From the IMG/VR virus record IMGVR_UViG_3300020005_000015, positions 1-43,409 of that record: a stretch of 43,409 bases of DNA; one strand, written 5' to 3'. Position 1 is the stretch's first letter, and the number at the start of each line of letters is the position of its first letter. The stretch is from a virus (Duplodnaviria > Caudoviricetes). The position numbers were made by a program, and so were the translations under genes. The notes under the pieces were generated by a model, which had not been told where the DNA came from, searched no databases, and saw only the letters and a list, made by a program, of their open reading frames with translations. This document shows positions 9,066 to 17,697 of this stretch, piece by piece.

Positions 9066-9215
9066 AGTCTAAAACCAACTTCAGCCTTCAGAATTTAGCC
9101 TTCAGCCTTTCCCCATCTGCGCGCGGGGCTGGACCTGGCCGGAACATAACGGTGTCGTTCGACGACTCCGCCAGGACCGCCGCGCGCTGTCCCTAACCAT
9201 CCAACCATCCAACCT

Positions 9216-9758
9216 ATGAGTGCCAAGACTGAACCCACCTCGGAAGACTTCCAGAACATGGTCAATCTCCTGGCCGTCTATTCGGAAGCCTCCAATCGGC
9301 TGGAAGAACTCGAAGCGTCGGCCAACGGGTCGTTGCTCGAACTGATCGACTCGCACAAAACCGAATACGCCCAACTCCAGCACACCCTCACTCAAACCGA
9401 AGCGGCGCTGGAGGTCATCGCGCTGCGCCATCCCGATTGGTTTAGTGAGAAGAAACGCAGCATCAAGACCCCGTACGGCACCGTCAAATTCCACGCATCG
9501 ACCAAGCTGGTGGTGAAGAACGAAGAAGTCACGCTGCTGCTGCTCGACAAACACGCGCAGGAAAATCCTGAGTTCAACCGGGCGGACTACGTGCGGGCGC
9601 ACGAAGAACTGAACATCGAGGCGCTGGAAAAATGCGACGATGCCACGCTGAAAAAACTCCGCATCGAGCGCGTGCCGAACGATAACTTCTCCGTCGTCGC
9701 GGCCAAGGTCGATATGGGCAAGGCCGTCAAGGAAGCGGTTGAAAAGGAGGCGGCGTGA
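9216..9758 (+). CDS. gam: Host-nuclease inhibitor Gam-like protein
   Basis: Coiled coil followed by KKRSIKTPYGTVKFH and EELNIEAL; Mu early position. Confidence 0.75.
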   Translation: MSAKTEPTSEDFQNMVNLLAVYSEASNRLEELEASANGSLLELIDSHKTEYAQLQHTLTQTEAALEVIALRHPDWFSEKKRSIKTPYGTVKFHASTKLVVKNEEVTLLLLDKHAQENPEFNRADYVRAHEELNIEALEKCDDATLKKLRIERVPNDNFSVVAAKVDMGKAVKEAVEKEAA

Positions 9759-9976
9759 ACAGGCCCTGCATCGCACGGTTGAAAGCGGAGATGGAGATGA
9801 TCCGCTCCCTTCAATGTCCCAGCGCCAAGGAACTGGCCAGGCGCTTGGAGATCAGCCCAAAGACCGTCTATCGAGACTTGGACTTACTCCGCGACCAACT
9901 GGATGTGCCGCTCGAATACTGCGCGACCACCAGAGGCTGGCTTGTGCGTGGAGGCCGCATCGCAATCTGGTTATGA
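9755..9976 (+). CDS. Small HTH DNA-binding protein (HTH_11-like)
   Basis: SAKELARRLEISPKTVYRDLDLLRDQL. Confidence 0.75.
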   Translation: MNRPCIARLKAEMEMIRSLQCPSAKELARRLEISPKTVYRDLDLLRDQLDVPLEYCATTRGWLVRGGRIAIWL

Positions 9977-11397
9977 ATGAGCCAGACTTGAAACACACGC
10001 GCCGGCAGCGAGCTTCAAACGGTTCGACGCGCCAGGTGGATCGGCTCCCACCTAACGCAATGGAGGCAGAGATGGGCGTGCTCGGTTGCGTGTTGCTTTC
10101 ACCCGGCGATTGCCTGGGCGTTTGCATTGAGAAATTCAAGGCCGGGTCCGAAGTGTTTTACGACTTACGGCACCGGCACCTTTACGAGCTGTTGGTCGAG
10201 ATGTTCGATCACCGGGAGCCGATCGACTTGCTCACCGTCCATCAGCGGCTTAAGGACAGGAACCAACTCGAAGCGGTGGGCGGGCTGGCCTATCTCTCGT
10301 CGCTGCCGGACGCCGTGCCATCGGCGGGCCATCTGAGTTTCTACGCCGACATGCTGCGCGAAAAACATCTATTGCGCCGCATGCTGCAGACCTGCACGGC
10401 CGTGGTGGGACGAATCTATGAGCACGAAGGCGACGTGGATGCCTTGCTCGACGAAGTGGAGCGTGACGTCTTGCGAATCGGTGAAGAGCGCGTGGAGGAG
10501 AGAACGACCGCGATCAAGGACCTGGTAAAGCGCGCCATCACTACGATCGAGGATTGTCACCAGCGGCAAGGCACCTTGACGGGAATCGGAACGGGCTTCG
10601 TCGATCTGGACAAATTGACCACGGGCCTGCACGGAGGGGAAATGATCGTAATCGCGGCCCGGCCATCGTTAGGGAAAACCTCCCTCGCCATGAACATTGC
10701 GGAGCATGTGGCAATCGACGAGCGGCTGCCCGTTGGGGTGTTCAGTCTGGAGATGACTGCTGACTCATTGGTTTTGCGAATACTCTGCTCCCGCTCGCGC
10801 GTCAACCTGCGCACTGTGCGCGAAGGCTTTTTGGCGGAACGGGATTTCCCGAAGTTGACAGGGGCTTCCAGCGCGTTGTCGAAAGCACCCCTGTACATTG
10901 ATGATTCCTCTGGACTGTCGATCCTTCAATTACGGGCCAAGGCGCGGCGGATGTACCAACAGTACGGCATCAAGCTTTTCGTGGTTGATTACCTGCAACT
11001 CATTCACTCCACCGCGCGCCGGGCCGAAAACCGACAGCAAGAAATCGCCGACATTTCCAGTGGCATCAAGGCGCTCGCCAAAGAGCTGAATGTTCCGGTG
11101 ATAGTCCTGAGCCAATTGAACCGCGAGGTTGAACGAGAAAAAGGCCGCGCGCCCCGGCTGTCGGACCTGAGAGAATCCGGGGCCATCGAACAAGATGCCG
11201 ATCTTGTGGGACTGCTCTACAGGCCGGCCACCAAGGACGACGATGAATCAGTGCCGGCTGAAGCGCAGCCTATTAACCTCCTGATCGCCAAGCAGCGCAA
11301 TGGACCAGCGGACGAGGACGTGTGCCTCACATTCCTGAAGCCCTACACGCGGTTTGAAAGTGCCGCTAAAATACAGGCTGCTGACGTGCCGGACTGA
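9973..11397 (+). CDS. dnaB: Replicative DNA helicase DnaB
   Basis: LPPNAMEAEMGVLG, AARPSLGKT, FSLEM, VVDYLQL, LSQLNR, SDLRESGAIEQDAD, IAKQRNGP. Confidence 0.97.
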   Translation: MNEPDLKHTRRQRASNGSTRQVDRLPPNAMEAEMGVLGCVLLSPGDCLGVCIEKFKAGSEVFYDLRHRHLYELLVEMFDHREPIDLLTVHQRLKDRNQLEAVGGLAYLSSLPDAVPSAGHLSFYADMLREKHLLRRMLQTCTAVVGRIYEHEGDVDALLDEVERDVLRIGEERVEERTTAIKDLVKRAITTIEDCHQRQGTLTGIGTGFVDLDKLTTGLHGGEMIVIAARPSLGKTSLAMNIAEHVAIDERLPVGVFSLEMTADSLVLRILCSRSRVNLRTVREGFLAERDFPKLTGASSALSKAPLYIDDSSGLSILQLRAKARRMYQQYGIKLFVVDYLQLIHSTARRAENRQQEIADISSGIKALAKELNVPVIVLSQLNREVEREKGRAPRLSDLRESGAIEQDADLVGLLYRPATKDDDESVPAEAQPINLLIAKQRNGPADEDVCLTFLKPYTRFESAAKIQAADVPD

Positions 11398-11401
11398 ACC
11401 C

Positions 11402-11944
11402 ATGACAACGAAACAAGAATCTCTGTACTGGAAGCTTTGGTGGCGCGTCTGTCACGTGAACGATTGGCGTTTCCTCAAGGGCCGCGTCGCGCCCGAGGCC
11501 CAGCGCGATACCAGCGAACATCACGTGGCCGTCTGGCGCTGCGCGGAGACCCGCGCGCGTGAGGCCCACCGCAGCGTCACGGCGGACGATCTGCGGCACG
11601 GCTGCCACCTGCACGCGATCGGGCGCGACCGGCCGCATCTTGAGTTGCATCCGCGGACGGAATGCTCGCGGGTCTTTACGCTTTTCAAATTGCTCATCGA
11701 GCCGACTGATCTGGATGCTCAGATGGATTGGGCAGACCCTGACCGGGACGAGACACGCGTGCTGATTGTCGGGATCAAACGCATGGCGCCCTTCGCGTAC
11801 ATCGACGCGGTGTGCAAGGACAAGTTCCCCAGTTACACCAGCCCGTTCTACGAAGACCTGGAGCTGTCGGAACTGCGGCAATTGCGCGTGACGTTGGAAA
11901 GCCGGAAACGGAAGCGCGGCAGCCTGGTGGAACAGCCATTTTAA
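11402..11944 (+). CDS. Hypothetical protein, possible GemA/gp16-like regulator
   Basis: Position, plus C-terminal EDLELSELRQLRVTLESRKRK. Confidence 0.55.
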   Translation: MTTKQESLYWKLWWRVCHVNDWRFLKGRVAPEAQRDTSEHHVAVWRCAETRAREAHRSVTADDLRHGCHLHAIGRDRPHLELHPRTECSRVFTLFKLLIEPTDLDAQMDWADPDRDETRVLIVGIKRMAPFAYIDAVCKDKFPSYTSPFYEDLELSELRQLRVTLESRKRKRGSLVEQPF

Positions 11945-11960
11945 CCGCAGATGAACGCAG

Positions 11961-12350
11961 ATGGACGCAGATAAAAAACAGAGACAGCCCGAACTGTTCC
12001 ATGTGGAACCGGACGATCCGAACGCGGAGTGGCTGGTCGATCAGTTGCGAGGCAACGACTGGCTGACGGCCAAACAAATTCTTGAGCTAATCGGCCGGGC
12101 CGCCTGCGAGGACAATAAACGTTGGCTCCGCGCCCTGGCGGCCGCCAGCAAAGGGCGCATCGCTGGTGGCCAGCGTGGATACCGCTTGGTCGAGGAGATG
12201 TCCGGCGAGGAATTCAACCACTGGCGCAACTGGATGAAGCGGCAAGCAGACTTCATGACCGCGCGGATACTCGAAGCGGACAAGGTGTTTTATCGCCGGC
12301 AGAAAGTGCGGACGGGCAACGGAATTTTAACCACCAATGGACACGGATGA
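11961..12350 (+). CDS. Hypothetical winged-helix-like protein
   Basis: WLTAKQIL...KRWLRALA...IAGGQRGYRL; start lies in a repeat arm. Confidence 0.65.
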   Translation: MDADKKQRQPELFHVEPDDPNAEWLVDQLRGNDWLTAKQILELIGRAACEDNKRWLRALAAASKGRIAGGQRGYRLVEEMSGEEFNHWRNWMKRQADFMTARILEADKVFYRRQKVRTGNGILTTNGHG

Positions 12351-12441
12351 AGAACGAATTAACCACAAAGAACGCAGAGAACACAAAGACAGACCGCTCC
12401 CTCTCTGCGTTCTTTGCGTTCTTTGCGGTTAAAAAACTCTC

Positions 12442-12672
12442 ATGAAGACCCAATCGGACATCCAAAAAGCGCACGATCAACTGACCGCCATCCTCCTGGG
12501 CGAAGTGCCCAACCCATTCCCCGCCGAGTCCAAGCCGCTCATGCAAGCCAACTGCGATGTGCTCTGCTGGCTGCTCGGCTGCGAGCACAACAAGACTTTT
12601 GCCACCAACCTGGCCAAGGCCGAGGCCGATCTCGCCGCCAAAGGCTTTGTGCTTGAGCGGCTGAACAACTGA
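12442..12672 (+). CDS. Hypothetical protein
   Basis: Coupled start; DVLCWLLG motif. Confidence 0.65.
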   Translation: MKTQSDIQKAHDQLTAILLGEVPNPFPAESKPLMQANCDVLCWLLGCEHNKTFATNLAKAEADLAAKGFVLERLNN

Positions 12673-12676
12673 GACG

Positions 12677-12937
12677 ATGAAGAAATTAACCACAAAGAAC
12701 GCAGAGAACACAAAGAAACTGACCGCTCGCGAGGTGATGCAAGAACTGCACGGCTGTGTCCGCGTTCTCCAGAACTCGTACCGCGAAGCTGACGGTGTCG
12801 TGCATGAGCCAGGTGTGCTGCGGACCATCGCTGCGTTAGAGGCGGCGATCCAAAGCGTGCGGATGATGGGCAAGCTTGTCGATGCTGTCCGGTCAGCTCC
12901 CCCTCTGCGTTCTCTGCGTTCTTTGCGGTTACCCTGA
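12677..12937 (+). CDS. Hypothetical protein whose termini are encoded by repeat arms
   Basis: LTTKNAENTK...LRSLRSLRL flanks a helical core. Confidence 0.5.
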   Translation: MKKLTTKNAENTKKLTAREVMQELHGCVRVLQNSYREADGVVHEPGVLRTIAALEAAIQSVRMMGKLVDAVRSAPPLRSLRSLRLP

Positions 12938-12948
12938 CCCTGACCACA

Positions 12949-14403
12949 ATGGAATTCATCGCTCCACTCCCGTTCACTGAAGCGCTCGACAAACTCGGGC
13001 GCAAGGACGTCATCACGTCCCCGCTCACTTCGGCTGAGTGGAGCGACGTGCCGGTGGCGTTGCGCGATCGGGCATTCTTTTCTTCACGGGTCGAGAGCGC
13101 GCGGTTCCTCCAACGCGGCCAGGATGCGATCAATGATTTTCTGGCGGGTAATCGCGAGGTCCTTCCGGACGGGCAATCGGCGCTCAAGGTGGGAGGCCGT
13201 GCCAGGTTCGTCGAGCTGATGCGGGAGCTTGCGATCAAAGAAGGCATGGGCAACGTGGACCCGAAGGACCGCGGCGGCATCAAGGATATAACAAGCCAGA
13301 AGCGGCTCGATTTGATTTTTTCGGTTCAGGTCAAACAGGCCCACGGCTACGGCTACCACAAACAAGGGATGGACCCAGACGTGTTGGACGCCTATCCCGC
13401 TCAGAGATTTATTCGCGTGCAGGAAGTTCAAGAGCCGCGAGATTGGCACGCGCAATTTGAAGGCCGAGCTTACCTCAAGACCTCACCCATTTGGGCCGCA
13501 ATAAATCAACAGTTCGGAGTTGCGTGGCCTCCATTCGGATTTAATTGCGGGCACGACGTCGAGGACGTGGACCGCGACGAGGCGGAAGCGGAGGGCCTGC
13601 TCAGACCCGGCGAGGCCGTCACGCCGCCGCCGGCGGAGGACTTCAACCAGGACCTGAAGGCGAGCACCGATGGCTTGGACCCTGAATTGATCCAGAAGAT
13701 GAAGAGCGCGTTTGAAGACCAGGTCGTGTTCGAAGGCGATACGATGCGCTGGCAACCGCGGCCTGTGGTCGATCCGGTCCAGCCGACTCGGGCCAATCCG
13801 GTGTCAGCGGCGATCCAGCCCAAGGTCTATGGCGCGTTGAAGACGCAGGTGCAGATCGCTACCGAGGCGGCCGACAGCGTGCATGATGACGGCGTGCTGC
13901 CGAAGATCCCGCTGAAGCAATCCACCGACCCGAGCGACCAGGCGCATCTGATGCCCCGCAGAGATCAGGACGGGAACACCCGAGCCGATTATATTGCCGT
14001 GAGGGCCGACGGCCCAACGCCGGCGTTCACGACACTGCATGAGCTGGGGCATTTGTTGGACCTGGAGGGGATCGGCGCCAAAGGCTCTTGGGCCAGTAAC
14101 ACCGGGGAATTGCGCGAAGTGCTGGAGGCAGCCCGGAAGACTCGAGCCGTAGCCGGCTTGGAATCGGAGCGGGCGGGCGGCGCCGGCCGAAGCGCCGAGC
14201 AGCTCGAATATCTTCTCTCGGACCGGGAAGTGTGGGCCAGGGCTTATTCACAGTACATCGCGGAACGCTCGCGCAGCAAACCCTTGAAGACGCAACTCAA
14301 AGTGGAGTTGGCGCGAGAGGCCAACGCGCAATGGGAGAGCGATGACTTCGCGCCGATCGCTCAGGCAATCGACAACCTGTTCACGACACTGAGGTGGATA
14401 TGA
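12949..14403 (+). CDS. MuF (gp30-like head morphogenesis) protein with C-terminal zincin-like extension
   Basis: RAFFSSRV, RLDLIF, WPPFGFNC MuF motifs; TLHELGHLLD and REVWARAYSQYI in the C-terminus. Confidence 0.8.
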   Translation: MEFIAPLPFTEALDKLGRKDVITSPLTSAEWSDVPVALRDRAFFSSRVESARFLQRGQDAINDFLAGNREVLPDGQSALKVGGRARFVELMRELAIKEGMGNVDPKDRGGIKDITSQKRLDLIFSVQVKQAHGYGYHKQGMDPDVLDAYPAQRFIRVQEVQEPRDWHAQFEGRAYLKTSPIWAAINQQFGVAWPPFGFNCGHDVEDVDRDEAEAEGLLRPGEAVTPPPAEDFNQDLKASTDGLDPELIQKMKSAFEDQVVFEGDTMRWQPRPVVDPVQPTRANPVSAAIQPKVYGALKTQVQIATEAADSVHDDGVLPKIPLKQSTDPSDQAHLMPRRDQDGNTRADYIAVRADGPTPAFTTLHELGHLLDLEGIGAKGSWASNTGELREVLEAARKTRAVAGLESERAGGAGRSAEQLEYLLSDREVWARAYSQYIAERSRSKPLKTQLKVELAREANAQWESDDFAPIAQAIDNLFTTLRWI

Positions 14404-14600
14404 CAATGAACCAAGAGGCATTTAACAAGTTGATCGCGGAGATCATGAGCCAGGGTTACGACCTGCAGACAGCCGGCCATTACGCGGCCCTGATCGGTGA
14501 CACGCCGATCGCGGACGACGACGGCAACATAGTGGTGCTTGAGAAGGACGGCCGCGAGATCGCGCGGCTGAAGCCGCTGAAATTTTTCGGCGCCAGTTAA
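14400..14600 (+). CDS. Small hypothetical protein, candidate immunity partner of the MuF extension
   Basis: ATGA-coupled to muF; small and acidic. Confidence 0.6.
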   Translation: MTMNQEAFNKLIAEIMSQGYDLQTAGHYAALIGDTPIADDDGNIVVLEKDGREIARLKPLKFFGAS

Positions 14601-14604
14601 ACCT

Positions 14605-14928
14605 ATGAGTCTGACACTCGATCTCGATACAAGACCGAGCGATGTAAAAGTGAAAACGTCGCACGACGGAAAACGCCTCTGGGTCGGCAGGTCGGTAAAG
14701 ACGTGTTTTGGTGATGCCGAAATAGACATCTCTCTGGAAGACTTTTGCGCCATGGCGATCTACGTGATGACCAACACGGATTTGAACGAGAACGATCCGA
14801 GGCTCGCGCTACAACGTGAAATTGCCTCCCTAGTAATCTCCGAAGGATATAACGCTGGCGCAAAACGGTTGGCATGGCCGGAGCATCCCAACGACCAAGT
14901 TCAGCGACCCGGCTCACCGGACGCCTGA
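14605..14928 (+). CDS. Hypothetical protein ending in attC-like site 1
   Basis: Open frame; the C-terminus runs into attC1. Confidence 0.6.
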   Translation: MSLTLDLDTRPSDVKVKTSHDGKRLWVGRSVKTCFGDAEIDISLEDFCAMAIYVMTNTDLNENDPRLALQREIASLVISEGYNAGAKRLAWPEHPNDQVQRPGSPDA

Positions 14929-14994
14929 GCAAATCTGAACGCTATGGCCAAGACCAAAACGCAAAAGCCGGGTTCGCTGCAGCGGGTGTTAGGT
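14886..14994 (+). other. attC-like recombination site 1
   Basis: TCCCAAC...CAGCGACCCGGCT...AGCCGGGTTCGCTG...GTTAGGT; 109 bp imperfect palindrome with a single-base bulge. Confidence 0.75.
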
Positions 14995-15192
14995 GTCGGA
15001 CGACTCCACCCCGCAAACTCAATGTTTCTGCGCGTCCACGTCGGCGAGGCTACGTGCGGCAAACTCAAATATGAAATGTCCACGGGCATGAACGGCACGC
15101 CCATGGTCCACAGCATGCAGAGCGGCAAATGGTTCTCCTTGTCCTGGAAGGATATTTTTGAATTGGCCGAGAAAGCGGGCATAGACACCTAA
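14944..15192 (+). CDS. Cassette ORF A, hypothetical
   Basis: Stop codon TAA lies inside the inverse core ACCTAAC; ATG lies inside attC1. Confidence 0.65.
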   Translation: MAKTKTQKPGSLQRVLGVGRLHPANSMFLRVHVGEATCGKLKYEMSTGMNGTPMVHSMQSGKWFSLSWKDIFELAEKAGIDT

Positions 15193-15298
15193 CGACCCAA
15201 GCTCAGCGACCCGGCCCACCGGACGCTGAGCAGACCTGAAACCTTATGGACAATGAACAAAACGTAGAAGCCGGGTTCGCTGCAGCGCATGGTTCGGC
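15187..15298 (+). other. attC-like recombination site 2
   Basis: ACCTAAC...CAGCGACCCGGC...GCCGGGTTCGCTG...GTTCGGC; 112 bp, homologous to attC1. Confidence 0.8.
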
Positions 15299-15572
15299 GA
15301 ATTTTCTCGGATCGAAAGCTGACTACGTTCTGAGCCAACCGCAGACACGAGCGCATCACTGCCACTGGCCGGGTTGCGACCGTCAAGTGCCTCCTGCGAT
15401 GTGGGGTTGTAAAGTCCACTGGTTCCGATTGCCGAAGCCTATCCGTGACGCCATCTGGAAGGCCTATCGCCCTGGCCAAGAGAAAGACTTTTGCCCGTCA
15501 CTGGCCTACGTGCGGGCGGCGAACGACGCGCAGGTTTGGATAGCGGCCAATTCGCCGAACATTAGGCTATGA
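15246..15572 (+). CDS. Cassette ORF B, Cys/His-containing phage-type protein
   Basis: HHCHWPGCDRQVPPAMWGCKVHWFRLP; ATG inside attC2; inverse core GCCGAAC at 15554-15560. Confidence 0.75.
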   Translation: MDNEQNVEAGFAAAHGSANFLGSKADYVLSQPQTRAHHCHWPGCDRQVPPAMWGCKVHWFRLPKPIRDAIWKAYRPGQEKDFCPSLAYVRAANDAQVWIAANSPNIRL

Positions 15573-15907
15573 TTAGGCGCGTACACTCAGCCCGGCTCTT
15601 TGCCAATCGCAAAGCCAGACGAGACCGGATGTTGCGCAAAATGGCCAACATGCGCGCAGCCAAGGAAAGGCTGCGCCTGGCGCGCGGCGCTGCCGGCCTG
15701 CTCGAACGCGAACCAAAAATGCAACGCTGGTTCCCCCTTGAACTCGGTCTGCGCGATAAAACCACCGGCGAAGTTGCCTGGGTCGATCTGCGCTCCATCC
15801 GCGATGCAGCCCGCCGCATTGCAGTGGTCCAGAAATTTTACCTGCCTGCCGAAGGCCCGGCGCAGGCAGGCGTGGCGGGCCCGAGGCAGAAGATTTTTGA
15901 GCACTGA
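15569..15907 (+). CDS. Hypothetical basic protein
   Basis: ATGA-coupled; KMANMRAAKERLRL. Confidence 0.6.
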   Translation: MIRRVHSARLFANRKARRDRMLRKMANMRAAKERLRLARGAAGLLEREPKMQRWFPLELGLRDKTTGEVAWVDLRSIRDAARRIAVVQKFYLPAEGPAQAGVAGPRQKIFEH

Positions 15908-15937
15908 CCCCTGACAAACCCCAAAACGGAGGCGAGC

Positions 15938-16180
15938 ATGACTGAGCAAAATGGGCACAACACCGGACAACTGGAGTTCCCCGGCCTCTCGTTCACTGGC
16001 CGCGCGGTCCTCTATGCGCATGAGGTCGCGGCCAAACTCCGTTGCGACGTGCGCCATATCTATGATCTGGTGGACTCCGGCAAGCTGCGCGCGATTAACA
16101 TTGGCGGCTTGAGCGAGCGGCGCTATTTGCGGATCCCGATCGAAGCGTGGGAAGCCTTCGTGCGTGACAACACGCTTTGA
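15938..16180 (+). CDS. Excisionase-like/MerR-type HTH protein, possible late regulator
   Basis: GGAGG RBS; EVAAKLRCDVRHIYDLVDSGKLRAI...LRIP; last gene before the lysis/late region. Confidence 0.75.
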   Translation: MTEQNGHNTGQLEFPGLSFTGRAVLYAHEVAAKLRCDVRHIYDLVDSGKLRAINIGGLSERRYLRIPIEAWEAFVRDNTL

Positions 16181-16257
16181 CAAAATTTCCCGTAATAGAA
16201 CGAACTGAGCGAACCGGTTGTTAGACAGCCCGCCGCGACGCATGCGATAACGGGCGC

Positions 16258-16782
16258 ATGAGCAGATTTCATTTCCGTCCGGTCCCCAAACTGGTGGCCC
16301 GACCGGCTAGGTCTGGCCGGGATGGACGCCTCCGTCCCGTGCTGCACTGCTCAGCGTCACGGGTTCTCCACATAGTCCGTCCCGGCCTCCAATTTGCAGA
16401 AAGGCTAAAGGCTCAAGGCTCAAGGCTGAATTTAACCTTTCTGCTTTTAGCCTTTAGCATTCAGCCTTCAGCCTTTCTCTTCGCCCAGGAAGCCCCTCCA
16501 TCAACCCTCAACCCTCAACCCTCAACCGACTTCATAGTGGGCCTGGTCACTCAATATCCCTGGCTGGCCTCGATCCTCATTGCGATCGGCGGGCTGCGCC
16601 TCGCGCTCAAACCCATCATGCTGGCCATCGAGTGGTGCACCAAACAGACACCCAACCCGAACGATGACGTGGCTGTGCTCAAGTTCGAGGCCGGCCCGAT
16701 CTACAAGTGGATCGCGATCGGGTTGGATGTGATCGGCTCGGTCAAGCTGCCGGCGCTGAAAGCGCCAAAGGCTAAAGGCTAA
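16258..16782 (+). CDS. Membrane protein, putative holin (start uncertain)
   Basis: Hydrophobic segments WLASILIAIGGL and WIAIGLDVIG; TPNPNDD motif; first gene of the lysis region. Confidence 0.5.
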   Translation: MSRFHFRPVPKLVARPARSGRDGRLRPVLHCSASRVLHIVRPGLQFAERLKAQGSRLNLTFLLLAFSIQPSAFLFAQEAPPSTLNPQPSTDFIVGLVTQYPWLASILIAIGGLRLALKPIMLAIEWCTKQTPNPNDDVAVLKFEAGPIYKWIAIGLDVIGSVKLPALKAPKAKG

Positions 16783-16843
16783 AGTCTGAATGCTAAATTT
16801 CAGAACCTTTAGACTTCAGCCTTTAGACTTCAGCCTTTGAGCA

Positions 16844-17122
16844 GTGGCAACCGCGATTATCGCCCTGCTGGTAGCCGTTGTGCCACTGCTCGTCTGGTGG
16901 ATGAGACGCCGCGCCGCAAAAACGGATGACCCGTTGCAACAACATCGCGATCGCTACGACCAAGCCGGCGCGGACATTGCCCGCGGCAACGGCGTGGACG
17001 CTGGCGCTCACGGCGCTGCTGATCTCGACGAGCTTGACCGCCTGTCGCGGGCCAAAAGTGATCAGCGCGGACCAGGCCCTGACCCGAATGCCGGCCGGCC
17101 AGACGTTCACGGCCCCGTGTGA
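16844..17122 (+). CDS. Putative i-spanin (Rz-like)
   Basis: N-terminal TM followed by a helical region; overlapped out of frame by a lipoprotein ORF. Confidence 0.6.
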   Translation: MATAIIALLVAVVPLLVWWMRRRAAKTDDPLQQHRDRYDQAGADIARGNGVDAGAHGAADLDELDRLSRAKSDQRGPGPDPNAGRPDVHGPV

Positions 17123-17204
17123 CGGCTGGTTCATGAGCGACGCGCTCTATTGGCGGTACCGCAAAGCCGTCGCGGACAAAATTCTCGAAGAGCAAAGAAA
17201 ATGA
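16926..17204 (+). CDS. Putative o-spanin (Rz1-like lipoprotein; start uncertain)
   Basis: LALTALLISTSLTAC lipobox in the +1 frame overlapping the i-spanin. Confidence 0.6.
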   Translation: MTRCNNIAIATTKPARTLPAATAWTLALTALLISTSLTACRGPKVISADQALTRMPAGQTFTAPCDGWFMSDALYWRYRKAVADKILEEQRK

Positions 17205-17304
17205 ATAACCGCAAAGAACACAGAGAACGCAAAGAACAACAGGGCGATTCTCTCTCTCTGCGTTCTCTGCGTTCTTTGCGGTCAATCCCTCCGCCGTCTG
17301 TCAC

Positions 17305-17694
17305 ATGATTTTCGCCGATACAGCAACCGAAGCAGTCAGCCCTACGATGATTGGTGTTTGGGTGATCGCAGGGGGCGTCGTGCTGACCATCGCGATGAAT
17401 GCCGCCAAGTTCTGGCGCTCGTTGCACGGCGATCCCGAGCGGCGCGCCGTGAACGTCTTGGCCGAGAACGCGACCAAAGACGAAGTCCGAAGCCTGCTCG
17501 TCGAAATCCGGTCCCTCGATCAGGACGTGAGCGAGTTGCGGCGCGAAATGAAGATCGACCGCGAAGCGCTGACCAAAGCGGCCGAGGAACGCGCTCGATA
17601 CCTCAATGCGCAGATCAACGACGTGCTGGCCGCCGTGAACAAAGTCTCCGGCATAGTCGATCGAATGCGCGATGACATCAGATGCCGGCCCTAG
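17305..17694 (+). CDS. Membrane-anchored coiled-coil protein (Mu gp25-like position)
   Basis: TM helix followed by coiled coil. Confidence 0.65.
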   Translation: MIFADTATEAVSPTMIGVWVIAGGVVLTIAMNAAKFWRSLHGDPERRAVNVLAENATKDEVRSLLVEIRSLDQDVSELRREMKIDREALTKAAEERARYLNAQINDVLAAVNKVSGIVDRMRDDIRCRP

Positions 17695-17697
17695 CCT

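Noticed and set aside
14596-14604. GTTAAAC as the attI or left core of the first cassette
   Set aside because: It is not complementary to the inverse core CATCCCAAC, and there is no adjacent integrase; it may be chance.
16181-16390. tRNA or known ncRNA before the lysis genes
   Set aside because: Hairpins exist (GGCCGGGATGGAC / GTCCGTCCCGGCC) but there is no cloverleaf or family motif I can recognise.
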